Below are positions 8,653 to 19,310 of a stretch of 64,000 nucleotides of DNA, piece by piece. The stretch comes from an uncultured Acidobacteriota bacterium (GTDB taxonomy: Bacteria > Acidobacteriota > Terriglobia > UBA7540). Position 1 is the stretch's first letter, and each line of letters begins with the position of its first letter. The DNA lies in NCBI GenBank assembly GCA_963804995.1, contig CAWDSK010000005.1, forward strand, positions 96,001 through 160,000, read 5' to 3'. The notes beneath the pieces are model-generated. The model saw only the letters and a program-made list of their open reading frames with translations, ran no database searches and was not told where the DNA came from. The position numbers were made by a program, and so were the translations under genes.

Positions 8653-10578
8653 CTAATCCTCGGAGGTGAGCTGGTAGATTTTCGCCTCGACGAAGAGGGC
8701 GAACAATACCGGGTCAAGCAACTGCGATTTCACTTCGTCACCGATGATGTTGAGGGCGCGTTCCACCGGCACAGCTCGCTTATAGGGCCGGTCGCGGGCG
8801 GTGAGGGCGTCGAAAATATCGGAGATAGTCATCATCTTCGATTGGAAGGGAATTTCCTCCGCTTTCATGCGGTAGGGGTAGCCGGAGCCGTCCAGCTTTT
8901 CGTGATGTGCCTTGGCGATTTCGGGGACGCGCTTCAGTTCCTTGGTCCAGGGAATCTGGCTCAAGAAGCGGAAGCTGTGAATGACGTGCGATTCGATCTG
9001 CATGCGCTCGTCGGGGTCCAGGCTTCCCTTGGAGATGGACAGCAACTGCAACTCATCTTGCGTAAGCAGCGGTTCGGTGGGGCCGGCAGGGTTGTCAAAG
9101 CTCCAGCCGGCAATCTCCACGAGCTTCTCGGAGGTCTTTTCCGGCAGCACGGTGGGTTCGTTGGCCTGCAGGACATTTGCCATGAACTCATCGAGGTTTT
9201 GCAGTTCGCGGTTCTGCTCGCCTTCGATCCCAGCGAAGGACTCCTCATAGCCTTGATTGCCGTGGCGCAGCACGTGGTCAAGCTTCTTGCGACAGGCCTC
9301 CAGTTCAAGCGCTTTCCGAATGTACAGGAAGCGTTTCTTGATCAGCTCGAGCTGTGGGGGGTAGAGTTTCTTGGCTTTGACCAGAACCTCTTCGCGCACT
9401 CCGACCTTGCCGAAGTCATGCAGGATGGAAGCGTAGCGAATTTCCCGAATGTCTTCGTGCGTGAAGCGGATGTCCTTGTAAGGTCCGGAGTCCAGCCGGT
9501 CGACGGTTTCTGCGAGGGCCACCGTAAGCTTGGCGACGCGCTCCGAGTGACCGAAGGTGGTGGGGTCGCGCGACTCGATGGCCGTAACTGAAGCCCTCAC
9601 AAACCCTTCGAACAGCTTCTCGATGTCCCGGTACAGCAGGTTGTTTTCGAGCGCCACCGCGGCCTGGCTGGCAAGTGAAGAGGCCAGGTCCTGGCTGCTT
9701 TGCGAAAACGCGACGACTTCACCTTCCACGACCTTGCGGGATGTGAGCTTTGCGGCAGCGTGTTTCTTGGAGTTGATGAGCTGCAACACGCCGATCACCT
9801 CGTCCTTCTGGTTCTTCATAGGGAGAACCAACATGGACTTGGTGCGGTAGCCGAACTTCTGATCAAAGTCGCGGTTCAGCCGGAAGGGAAGATTGCGAAT
9901 TCGATAGGCGTCCTTGATGTTGAGAATCTGGCCCGTGGCCGCAGCGTAACCGGAAATACTGCGCGTGTCGATGGGCAGCGTGAATTGGCGAAAGGGCACC
10001 GAATGGCTGTCGCTCTGCGTAAGCTTGAAGACCAGATGCTTGGGGCCACCCTGGTCTTCTTCCACCAGATAGAGCGAACCCGCGTCGGCGGACGTGATTT
10101 CGCGACTCTTGCTCAGAATGAGTTCCAGCAGCCCATCGGTGTTGCGTTCCGTGGAAAGTGCTACACCAATCTTATTGAGCGTCTCGAGGTCGGAAACGGC
10201 ACGCTTCAATTCCAGGCGGGTGCGGCGGCGCTCCTCCTGGGCGTGCAGGTTATCAAAGGCGCGCTCAACCGTCTTCTCCAGAACCAGGCCCGGCACTTCA
10301 CGCGGGAGGACCGCGAAAATCCGCTGGTGAAGCTTGGCTGGGCGGTTCCCATCACCATCCAACAAGCAGATGGCGCACCAGGCTTCCGACTTGGGCGCTG
10401 ACTTTGCCAGGCGGGCTAAGTTGTCTTCAGTGCCATCGGCCAGCAGAACGGCGGGCAACTCCAGGGCGGGAAGTTTCTCCTCGTTACGCTCAAGGGGGAT
10501 GAGACGGTAGTCCTCACCCAGCTTTCCCAACTCTATGCGGTCACCGAGGGGCCGGAAGTAATATAGGTTAGAAGGCAT
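8653..10578 (-). CDS. GAF + HD-GYP cyclic dinucleotide phosphodiesterase
   Basis: GAF (YRTKSMLVLPM), GHSERV, LHDFGK, HHEKLDGSGYP, DIFDALT..RPYK. Confidence 0.93.
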   Translation of the reverse strand: MPSNLYYFRPLGDRIELGKLGEDYRLIPLERNEEKLPALELPAVLLADGTEDNLARLAKSAPKSEAWCAICLLDGDGNRPAKLHQRIFAVLPREVPGLVLEKTVERAFDNLHAQEERRRTRLELKRAVSDLETLNKIGVALSTERNTDGLLELILSKSREITSADAGSLYLVEEDQGGPKHLVFKLTQSDSHSVPFRQFTLPIDTRSISGYAAATGQILNIKDAYRIRNLPFRLNRDFDQKFGYRTKSMLVLPMKNQKDEVIGVLQLINSKKHAAAKLTSRKVVEGEVVAFSQSSQDLASSLASQAAVALENNLLYRDIEKLFEGFVRASVTAIESRDPTTFGHSERVAKLTVALAETVDRLDSGPYKDIRFTHEDIREIRYASILHDFGKVGVREEVLVKAKKLYPPQLELIKKRFLYIRKALELEACRKKLDHVLRHGNQGYEESFAGIEGEQNRELQNLDEFMANVLQANEPTVLPEKTSEKLVEIAGWSFDNPAGPTEPLLTQDELQLLSISKGSLDPDERMQIESHVIHSFRFLSQIPWTKELKRVPEIAKAHHEKLDGSGYPYRMKAEEIPFQSKMMTISDIFDALTARDRPYKRAVPVERALNIIGDEVKSQLLDPVLFALFVEAKIYQLTSED

Positions 10579-10921
10579 CGCCTTTCGAACTTGAGGGGCA
10601 ACAGGAATTATACCCCTATTCCCCCATTCGCAACCTTAGGCGCCGTGCAAGAAAATTTAGGAATAGTGGAGTCGCCCCTGGTACTGAAACCAATTCTAAC
10701 ATCGCAAGCCACAAAGTCGATGAATTTTGCAGGGAGTCCTGGCGCTCATGCTTGACGCGCATCAGTATTTCCCCACTGCACCCGGGATTCGGTACCAAAG
10801 TGCCATGGCGAACCGTGCTCAAGGGCATTTATCATCGTACCTACACTACGAAGCGAACCATTTGGGCTTCCAGGGAATCTAACAGAATGGGAACACTCTA
10901 CTACAACGGGAGGTCGAATCT

Positions 10922-11218
10922 GTGGCTGCTTCAGATTTGAACAGCATGTTCATGGAGTTTATCAACTTGGCGATTCTGGCCGGCGGGATTCTCTACGCTG
11001 GGCTCGTGCTGATGAGCTACCGGACCGAAGGGCCTCATTATCGTGTCCGCTTTGATTCGAAAGACCCGGCTCGGTCAGCCCAGCGGTTACTGGTTTGGCT
11101 GGGTGTGAAGGCCTTGGCATTTGTTATGCGGGTTGGCATCCCGATTCTTGGGATGCTCTCCGAGGCCTCGGCAGTAGTGGGTGAGTGGTTCCTGCGCCGG
11201 GCTAGTCCTGAAACCTAA
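10922..11218 (+). CDS. Small hypothetical membrane protein
   Basis: Two hydrophobic segments; GGAGG RBS before GTG. Confidence 0.55.
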   Translation: MAASDLNSMFMEFINLAILAGGILYAGLVLMSYRTEGPHYRVRFDSKDPARSAQRLLVWLGVKALAFVMRVGIPILGMLSEASAVVGEWFLRRASPET

Positions 11219-11297
11219 GCAGCAACCCATTCGCGCTTTCTGGTGTGATTCCTACCGCACGCGTTGCGGCAGACGCTCCCTGTTTGCCGTCTAGTGA

Positions 11298-11334
11298 GTA
11301 GCGCGGACCCCCGTCGTTGGGGTCCGCGGTTCTT
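11298..11334. repeat. GTAG-type REP, family B (other copies about 4710-4740, 27204-27241, 48278-48313; paired as REPINs at 47883-48021 and 51952-52090)
   Basis: GTAGCGCRGACCYCCG-loop-GRGGTCYGCGGTTCTT hairpin. Confidence 0.85.
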
Positions 11335-11427
11335 CAGTTGGGAATACTACCAATTTCAAAAACGGGGATCAGGCCGTTACCGTCCGCAGGCTGAAATCCA
11401 AAATCGAAAATCCAAAATCCAAAATTA

Positions 11428-12344
<917 letters not shown>

Positions 12345-12507
12345 ATTAAGCTTTCAGCGTTTAGCTATCAGCTTTCAGCCCGGTTCGAAACTCGAAACTC
12401 GAAATTCGAAACTCGCAAAATCTGCCTGCCTCGACGGTGGCCTTTCATTCGCTCCTAACCTTTTTACCCTTCACCCTTCACCCTTCACTACTTCTGCCTA
12501 CTGCCTT

Positions 12508-13845
12508 TCACCCTACCGGCCGCGTAGCCGCCATGGGGGCAAACCACGCTTCAAATTCGGTCAGTGCTCTCTGGCACTGTCTCTCCCGCCTCGCGCGGCG
12601 GTCTCGTGCCACGACTCGGGGCAGATTCTCCATCGGGGGCAGCAGGTCGAAGGAGATGTTGGCGGGCTGATAATTGCCAGAGGTGGCGTGGGTGATGTAA
12701 TGCACCAGTGACCCAAGCGCCGTGGTGCGCGGGGGCGGCGGCAGGGTCTCTCCCGCCAGGCGCGCGGCCATCCCCAGACCTGCAACAAGACCTGTAGCGA
12801 TGCATTCCACGTAACCCTCTACACCTGAGAGTTGGCCCGCCACAAAAACCTGGGGGGCGCTGCGAAAACTCAAGTCGGCGTCGAGCAAGCGTGGCGCGTT
12901 GATATAGGTGTTGCGATGGATTTGCCCCAAGCGCAGGAACTCCGCGTTTTCAAGACCCGGAATCAGCCGCAGGATGCGTTTCTGGTCGGGGAATTTCAGG
13001 TGGTTCTGGAAACCCACCAGGTTGTAACTCGAGAAGCGCAGATTCTCCGCCCGCAGTTGCACGATGGCAAACGCCTGACGGCCCGTGCGCGGATCGACGA
13101 GGCCCACCGGCTTCATGGGGCCAAAGCGTAGCGTGTCGTAACCGCGCCGCGCCAACTCTTCAATTGGAAGGCAGGCCTCGAAGAATTTGGCGTCTTCGAA
13201 TTCGTGAGTCTCGACGATTTCCGCACCCGTCAGCGCCTCGTAGAAAGCGCGGTATTCGTCCTCGCTCAGGGGACAGTTCAGGTAGTCTTCGCCCCCCTTG
13301 CCGTATCGCGAGGCGCGGAAGATGCGCTCGAGGTTGAGCGTCTCAGCGTCGACGATAGGGCTGATGGCATCATAAAAAGCCAGGTTCTCAGACCCGGTCA
13401 ACGATTGGAGCTGCGCGGCGAGAGCGTCAGAGGTGAGAGGTCCGGTAGCAATGAGCGCCAGACCATCGCTGGGGATATTTTGAAGCTCTGCGCGTTCGAG
13501 GGTGATCAGCGCGTGGCTTTCGATGGCTGCGGTCACGCCCTCGGCAAAACGTTCGCGGTCGACAGCCAGCGCGGCTCCTCCCGGTACGGCGCATCCATCC
13601 GCCACACGCAGCAGCAGCGATCCCGCGCGGCGCAACTCCTCTTTGAGCAGCCAGGAAGCGGAGCCGGCGGCGTTTGACTTGAGCGAGTTGCTGCAAACCA
13701 GCTCGGCCAGGCGGTCCGTCTTGTGCGCGGGAGTCGGGCGGGCGGGACGCATCTCATAAAGCGTCACGGCCACCCCGCGTTCGGCAAGTTGCCACGCCGC
13801 TTCGCTCCCTGCGAGGCCTCCTCCGGCGATCACCACGGGTATCAT
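12508..13845 (-). CDS. trmFO: Folate/FAD-dependent tRNA m5U54 methyltransferase TrmFO
   Basis: GGGLAGSEAAWQ, AELVCSNS, FGPMKPVGL, AGQLSGVEGYVE. Confidence 0.97.
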   Translation of the reverse strand: MIPVVIAGGGLAGSEAAWQLAERGVAVTLYEMRPARPTPAHKTDRLAELVCSNSLKSNAAGSASWLLKEELRRAGSLLLRVADGCAVPGGAALAVDRERFAEGVTAAIESHALITLERAELQNIPSDGLALIATGPLTSDALAAQLQSLTGSENLAFYDAISPIVDAETLNLERIFRASRYGKGGEDYLNCPLSEDEYRAFYEALTGAEIVETHEFEDAKFFEACLPIEELARRGYDTLRFGPMKPVGLVDPRTGRQAFAIVQLRAENLRFSSYNLVGFQNHLKFPDQKRILRLIPGLENAEFLRLGQIHRNTYINAPRLLDADLSFRSAPQVFVAGQLSGVEGYVECIATGLVAGLGMAARLAGETLPPPPRTTALGSLVHYITHATSGNYQPANISFDLLPPMENLPRVVARDRRARRERQCQRALTEFEAWFAPMAATRPVG

Positions 13846-14179
13846 TCGGTCCCCATCCCGATCACGATCTCATCTGCAAGCGATTATAACAGCCGGGCGG
13901 GAGAGTCGCACATCCTCACCGCACAGGCGCCCATGCTCTTTCGGAGCACCACTGACGATGAAAATGCGCGCAGCGCTTTGGACTGCGGTCGCAGCAGCTA
14001 CCGCTTTCTGACTTCGTTCTTACGGCAAATCTAAATGGGGTGCAGGGAGTATGTCAGCACCACCCCGGCGCTCGGCCCCGATGATCAATTTGGAAAAAAC
14101 GCGCTATCGGGGCTCGGCCCCGATGATCAATTTGGAAATAACATGCTATCGGGGCTCGGAGCGCCACCCCTCCTCATCT

Positions 14180-14278
14180 GAGGCTGTCTCAAAACTGGCA
14201 AATTCACGGTTTTTACGACGAATAATCAATAACTTACGCTGTGCAAAAGTCAGAAATACCTAGTTTTGAGACAGCCTC
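14180..14278. mobile_element. 99-bp MITE (IS1182-like ends) inserted in a family A REP
   Basis: 17-bp perfect terminal IR GAGGCTGTCTCAAAACT; 4-bp duplication ATCT at 14176-14179 and 14279-14282; empty sites in the other family A copies. Confidence 0.85.
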
Positions 14279-14760
14279 ATCTGAGGAGGGGAGCATTTTC
14301 ATAACAGGCGCGGAGGCGCAGAGATTTGAAACTAGAATGCTTTTCCCCTGCGTCTCAGCGCCTCTGCGGTAAAGAAAGCACGAACTCCGCTCCCACACTC
14401 CAGGGCGCCGAGGGCGAAGACGCCGCTGCTCCTCCCCATCGCCATCGCGGGGCCGGTAGAGCGGGACGAAAGGTTTACTGCAAATTTCCCCGGCCCTTTT
14501 CGATCCACTTGGACAATCCCGCCATTGGATCCGAGCTGAAGTCCCGTCATCTCTCGCCTTCTTATCTGCCTTTGCCCCGAATTACCGCACAACCCCTCCA
14601 ATTTCTGCTAAAAATCCGCTCGAATGTGTCCATTACCGTGAAATTTCTGCATTTTCTTGCAAAAACACCGTTAGATTGCCAGACATTTTGTCATCCTTGC
14701 CTTTGTTTTCATACACATCCCCGGAGGTTCCTTCATTTTTAACATCTTTATGGGTCGGCT

Positions 14761-16705
14761 GGTTGTGTCAAGAATTTTTGTCCCCTAAGGCGATAACCCA
14801 TTGAATTGCTGGGAGAAACTGGATTTTCTGCTTTCTCCCCCCTCCGGGTGCGCTTGACTAGGACGTTGGCGTGAGGTGCGGTCGGGTTGCCGCGCTTAAG
14901 TTCCTGGACGTAACTGCGTCGTGGGGCTTGACGGCAAACAAAAAGGGCGGTGAAGTCTCTCTTTCCCAATCCACCTTGTAGGGAACCCGCCAGGTTCCCG
15001 AGAGACTCACCGCCATGGGCAAGATACCACGATTGGTGCTTTGGCTCTGTAGGAAATTTACCCGCCAGGATTTGCAGGAACTGGTCGAGCAACTGCAAGA
15101 GATTCTCGCCGGGCGCCAGCCCGAGCCTCAACCCCGCGACGACTTTCGCCAGCAGCATCCACACTATCGCGACTTCTACGTTGACCCTCTGGCTCCCTTG
15201 ACCCAGCCGCCTCCGGCACCTCGCACCTGGAACTGGCGGCAGTTGCTGGCTCAGTACCAGCGCCAGCACCGCCGACCGTTGGCTCCGATTCAGCGTTCTG
15301 GCGCCCACCCCCTGCCTCCCACTTGTCGTTGTGCCCACTGCGGCGCACCGCGCGACTTCCTCTACCTCAACGATGGCCGTCACGCCCGCCAACTGCGCTG
15401 CAAAGTCTGTGGCCGGCTGTCGCAAATCGCTCGTCGTCATCGCCCGACGAAAACTCCTTACTGGTGCCCCTACTGCGGCAGCTCCCTCTTCCGCTGGAAG
15501 CAGCGTGCCGATTGCACCATCTACAAATGTCCTGGCGAGCGTTGTCCTCACTATCTCCAGAAGCAGCAAGCCCTGCACTGGAACGAGAAGTTGCTCCAGA
15601 AGCTGCGCCGCACGCAGTTCAAGCTGCGTTACCAGTATCGCGAATACCACTTTCAACCCGCCCAACTGGCCCCCACCGCTCCCGATCCGCCCACCGTCGA
15701 CCTCACCCGTCTGCATCGTTCTTCCGATGTCTTGGGCCTGGTGTTGGCCTTCCACATCTCTTTCGCCCTCTCCGCCCGCAAGACCGCCCAGGTCCTGCGG
15801 CAAGTCTTCGGCGTGCCTCTCAGCTACCAGTCCGTTCTCAACTATGCCCAGGCCGCCGCTTACTACTGCCACGCCTTCAACCTCCGCTACAAAGCCCCGC
15901 TCAGCGCCACCGCCACCGGCGACGAGACTTATATTCGCGTCGCGGGGAAGCACCCATACACGTTCTTCTTTCTCGATCCCCAAGGGCATCGCATCACGTC
16001 CTATCACGTGGCGCCGGAGCGCGATGCCTTGGCCGCCACCGTGGCCCTGGGCGAGGCCGCGCGCACCTTGCCCGAAGATCAGGCCCTGCGTTTCATCACC
16101 GACGGCAACCCCGCTTATCAGGCCGGCGTACACTTCCTCAACGCTCACCGCACCGCTTCCCAACCTCCCCATACCTTGCGGCAGGTCATCGGCCTGGAAA
16201 ACCTCGACGCGGTCTCCAAGGAATTCCGCCCCTTCAAGCAACTCATCGAACGTCTCAATCGCACCTACAAATACCACGTCCGCCCGGCTTGCGGCTTTGC
16301 CACGCGCAACGGCGCCGTGGCCCTCACCACCCTGTTCGTCACCCACTACAACTTCCTTCGCCCCCATCTGGCCCTGGGCTACCGCGTACCCATCCCCTTG
16401 CCGGAGTTGAGTTCCCTCACCACCTTGCAAGGCCAGTGGAACAAGATCCTCGCTCTCGCCCTGGCGGCCTGAGCCCGGTGGGAGTAAACTTCGCGGTGGC
16501 CGGGGCGGAGGATAGGGCTCCGCAGGGATGCGACCTGAGCGCCGACCCCGGGGCCGAGATCGGTCGGGAGCGAGCCCCACTCGCTCCCCCAGTCCAGACC
16601 CATCTTGGCACCAAAGCGATAAATCCTGGGGGTCTGGGGGCAAATCCCCCAGCTCTACCCACCTCCCGACCCTTCATTACCTTTCATAAAACTTTTGACA
16701 GAACC
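14761..16705 (+). mobile_element. Complete IS element, IS6/IS240-like DDE type, 1945 bp
   Basis: IRs GGTTGTGTCAAGAATTTT and GGTTCTGTCAAAAGTTTT (reverse complement); 8-bp target duplication GGTCGGCT at 14753-14760 and 16706-16713. Confidence 0.9.
15015..16472 (+). CDS. DDE transposase with N-terminal zinc fingers
   Basis: GDETYIRV, FITDG..AY, IERLNRTYK, YNFLRPH; CAHC, CKVC, CPYC and C-x4-C cysteine motifs. Confidence 0.9.
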   Translation: MGKIPRLVLWLCRKFTRQDLQELVEQLQEILAGRQPEPQPRDDFRQQHPHYRDFYVDPLAPLTQPPPAPRTWNWRQLLAQYQRQHRRPLAPIQRSGAHPLPPTCRCAHCGAPRDFLYLNDGRHARQLRCKVCGRLSQIARRHRPTKTPYWCPYCGSSLFRWKQRADCTIYKCPGERCPHYLQKQQALHWNEKLLQKLRRTQFKLRYQYREYHFQPAQLAPTAPDPPTVDLTRLHRSSDVLGLVLAFHISFALSARKTAQVLRQVFGVPLSYQSVLNYAQAAAYYCHAFNLRYKAPLSATATGDETYIRVAGKHPYTFFFLDPQGHRITSYHVAPERDALAATVALGEAARTLPEDQALRFITDGNPAYQAGVHFLNAHRTASQPPHTLRQVIGLENLDAVSKEFRPFKQLIERLNRTYKYHVRPACGFATRNGAVALTTLFVTHYNFLRPHLALGYRVPIPLPELSSLTTLQGQWNKILALALAA

Positions 16706-17088
16706 GGTCGGCTGGCGCAGGGCGAGCCCAGCCCTGCGATTCACGTGCCCCCCGTGCCTGCCGATGTTGCTATTGATGCCCAAAGAGCCTCCTCCTCTCT
16801 TATCTGAACGCTTCGTCTGTCCTGACCAGGCGCCGGCTTGCCTGACCCGCACCAAGTCGCAGAGCTGGGCTCGGTCTGCGCCAGCCAGACCTAGTACATA
16901 TATTAACATTTATTATAAGTTTAATTGAAAGGGAAAGATGTAAGTTTTGGCTACCGGTAGCCAAAATCGTAATGGAGTGGCGACAAATTGCCTGAAGTCT
17001 TTCCGGCACGCAGGGTTGTCGCACATGGCCCGCTCGTAGGTCCGCCAATCTTGATGGCGGACGGCCCTTCCACCGCGGCGACCCGCGG

Positions 17089-17117
17089 TTGACGTGCGTT
17101 ACGTAACGCGTTACACT
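17089..17117 (+). promoter_or_regulatory. sigma70-type promoter with a palindromic operator, upstream of orphan higA
   Basis: TTGACG-N17-TACACT; the spacer contains the palindrome GCGTTACGTAACGC; ATG follows 6 nt after the -10 box. Confidence 0.65.
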
Positions 17118-17123
17118 ACAGGT

Positions 17124-17417
17124 ATGATCCGGATAAAGAATCCACCCCACCCCGGCGGCTTTGTGCTGCGCCAGTGTATTGAGCCTTTGGGCTTGACGAT
17201 TACGGACGCCGCCGCCGCGCTCGGAGTCACGCGCACTACCCTGTCAGAGCTGGTGAACGAGAAGCGGGGGATTTCTCCCGAAATGGCCGTAAGGCTGTCG
17301 AAGGTTTTCGGAGGCAGCGCCGAAACCTGGCTCACGCAGCAGGCGCACTACGACCTTGCCCAGGTTCACGCCGACCGCATCAAGCTCAAGCGCCTCGAAT
17401 TGCGTTTGTCATCGTAG
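17124..17417 (+). CDS. higA: HigA-family antitoxin (orphan)
   Basis: KNPPHPG N-terminus, [25 protein letters not shown]. Confidence 0.9.
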   Translation: MIRIKNPPHPGGFVLRQCIEPLGLTITDAAAALGVTRTTLSELVNEKRGISPEMAVRLSKVFGGSAETWLTQQAHYDLAQVHADRIKLKRLELRLSS

Positions 17418-17586
17418 GAAGAGCCCACGGTCACGGGACGTTGCCGAGGCGACACCGTGTTAAACGCTTGAGCACGATAGATGAGAGTAGCCTCGGACCT
17501 TGAAAAACAGGTCTGTGCGAGCCAACCGCTCTTCTCGGAAGTCGGACAGTCTGTGCGTCGATCACACGTCATGGATCGACGGCGAT

Positions 17587-17811
17587 TCACAGCAGTTTTT
17601 CCAGGTCCTCAGCGCTCAGCTCAGCGTTGCGCAAGATGCTTTTCAGGACCTTTGGGTGGAGGATCTTCGCGGTGTGAAATGGAATCGTGGCCCTCTTGCC
17701 GGCGGCATTCTTGTAAATCTGGTGGCTACCGCTCTGGCGAGTCAGGGAAAATCCGAGTCTTTCCAAAACCGTGGCTATCTGGCGGGCTGTGACGCGGGGC
17801 AACTTCGGCAT
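17587..17811 (-). CDS. hicA: HicA-family toxin
   Basis: MPKLPRVT..LERLGF..RQSGSH..TIPFH..LKSILRNAEL. Confidence 0.9.
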   Translation of the reverse strand: MPKLPRVTARQIATVLERLGFSLTRQSGSHQIYKNAAGKRATIPFHTAKILHPKVLKSILRNAELSAEDLEKLL

Positions 17812-18035
17812 TAGACGGATACTTCGACGGTGGAGAGGCTCACGGAAACCGCTTCGGGGATTCCCTCCCCATTCGCCAGGCGATCTTCCAGATGCAGCCG
17901 CATAGCATCCTTGATGTTCGCCATGGCCTCTTCGTAGGTCTCCCCTTGGCTGTAACAGCCCTGGAGTGCGGGGCACGAGACGAAATAGCCGTCTTGGTCG
18001 CTCTCAAGAATTACGGGAAGCGTTAGGCGTTGCAT
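17811..18035 (-). CDS. hicB: HicB-family antitoxin
   Basis: GYFVSCPALQGCYSQGETYEEAMANIKDAM; TAATG overlap with hicA. Confidence 0.9.
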   Translation of the reverse strand: MQRLTLPVILESDQDGYFVSCPALQGCYSQGETYEEAMANIKDAMRLHLEDRLANGEGIPEAVSVSLSTVEVSV

Positions 18036-18111
18036 GAGAGAAGTATATTCCTTTCGCTGAGGAAATAACAACCTGTCTTCGGAGCAGTCGAAGGGCGGGC
18101 CCTGCGCTACT

Positions 18112-18204
18112 CCTGATGTCCACAAGGCTTTTCGCAGTGGAAGAGCCGTCAACGACGCCTTGCGCTTGGTGATCGAGTTGCGCAAAGTCGGAAGCTCCAA
18201 ATGA
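18112..18204 (+). pseudogene. C-terminal remnant of a BrnA-like antitoxin
   Basis: Translates as PDVHKAFRSGRAVNDALRLVIELRK; the 5' part is replaced by a REP end (...GCGCTAC). Confidence 0.5.
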
Positions 18205-18318
18205 GCATAGCGACCTGTTGGGTAGGTCCGCGGCGTGCGTCCGGCGAGAAAAGCCGCAGAGCTTGAAATGCGGCTCTGCGCCTGCCGGCCTGCCAGCAGA
18301 GGCGCTGCCGCCATTCTC

Positions 18319-19215
18319 TCAAGTGCCGGGGGTCGGTCGGTAGAGATCTTCGAGCACCAGACGAGTCTCATCAACAAGTTTCCAAACCTTATCGTCGGTG
18401 TCGTAGAGCGACTGGAATTCGACAAGCCGATGAATGGCAGCGTCACCAGCATCCTTTACCCTCCCGCCTGCCTCCGCTCTGCTTCCATCAAGAATGCCTT
18501 TGGCTTCAGCTTCGTCGAGCCGTCTGAGGATGTCAGACTTGGCCCTGCCCCACGCGTCTAACTTGTTACTGGGTTTCCTCCGTCGACGCCCTTTACGCGG
18601 TTCGAGTCTTTCCTTGAGGGCAACCTCCAGGAGGGCTCGGCATAGCACTGCGCAAGCTACGTGGAAGCCATACAAGAAGCAGTTGTGCACTTCCGCGAAG
18701 TACCCTCTCACTGCCGTGACAGAATTCCGGCTCATTTCCACAGGGTTGAGCGCGGAAACGAGACGGACAATCCGTGAGAGCTTAGATGTGACTTCTTCCG
18801 CGTAATGCCTGTCAAGTGCGTCGTCACGTCTAGCATCCAGGTGCCGTACGACACCAACAGATCCGGCCCCCTGCTCGGCCAACTTACTCATTGCCTTCTT
18901 CAGGAGTTCTAAAGTCTCTGGGTGGAGGTCTTTCATCGCATCACTCATGTCTATGGGCGTTGCGCCATCCAGCGATGTAAGCTCTGCAGCCAAACCTAAC
19001 CCGTGTTGGCGCCTAAACTTCTCAAAAAAACCATCCAAATCCTCAGAAACCACTTGGTCTTGTTGGTCTTCCCTCGGCGACGCTTGAGTCCCCAAAGCCC
19101 TAAACGCCTCTTTCCCAAACACTATGAAATCGTCATATTCCTCCCAGTCGTCCTTGTCAATGTATGGCAAAATCTTCGAAAAGATTGACGCTCTTCTAGA
19201 CATCACAACCTCCAT
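18319..19215 (-). CDS. Hypothetical protein with a HEPN-like (DUF4145-like) C-terminus
   Basis: YFAEVHNCFLYGFHVACAVLCRALLE...GDAAIH; less GC-biased than flanks. Confidence 0.65.
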   Translation of the reverse strand: MEVVMSRRASIFSKILPYIDKDDWEEYDDFIVFGKEAFRALGTQASPREDQQDQVVSEDLDGFFEKFRRQHGLGLAAELTSLDGATPIDMSDAMKDLHPETLELLKKAMSKLAEQGAGSVGVVRHLDARRDDALDRHYAEEVTSKLSRIVRLVSALNPVEMSRNSVTAVRGYFAEVHNCFLYGFHVACAVLCRALLEVALKERLEPRKGRRRRKPSNKLDAWGRAKSDILRRLDEAEAKGILDGSRAEAGGRVKDAGDAAIHRLVEFQSLYDTDDKVWKLVDETRLVLEDLYRPTPGT

Positions 19216-19310
19216 GCAGAGCGGCTACCCCCCGCCGCGGTTTTTGTTCCCTGGGCCTTTGGTCGAAGAAGAACCCACGGCGTACAACCCATGCCCGGGC
19301 TTCCCGCTCA

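Noticed and set aside
8431..9591. Long antisense ORFs here and at 45258..46829, 57687..58664 and 60737..62464
   Set aside because: They lie opposite well-supported genes, carry no motifs, and are expected from GC3 bias
14748..16643. 631-aa minus-strand ORF and overlapping + ORFs (15323, 15331)
   Set aside because: Shadow frames of the GC-rich transposase gene
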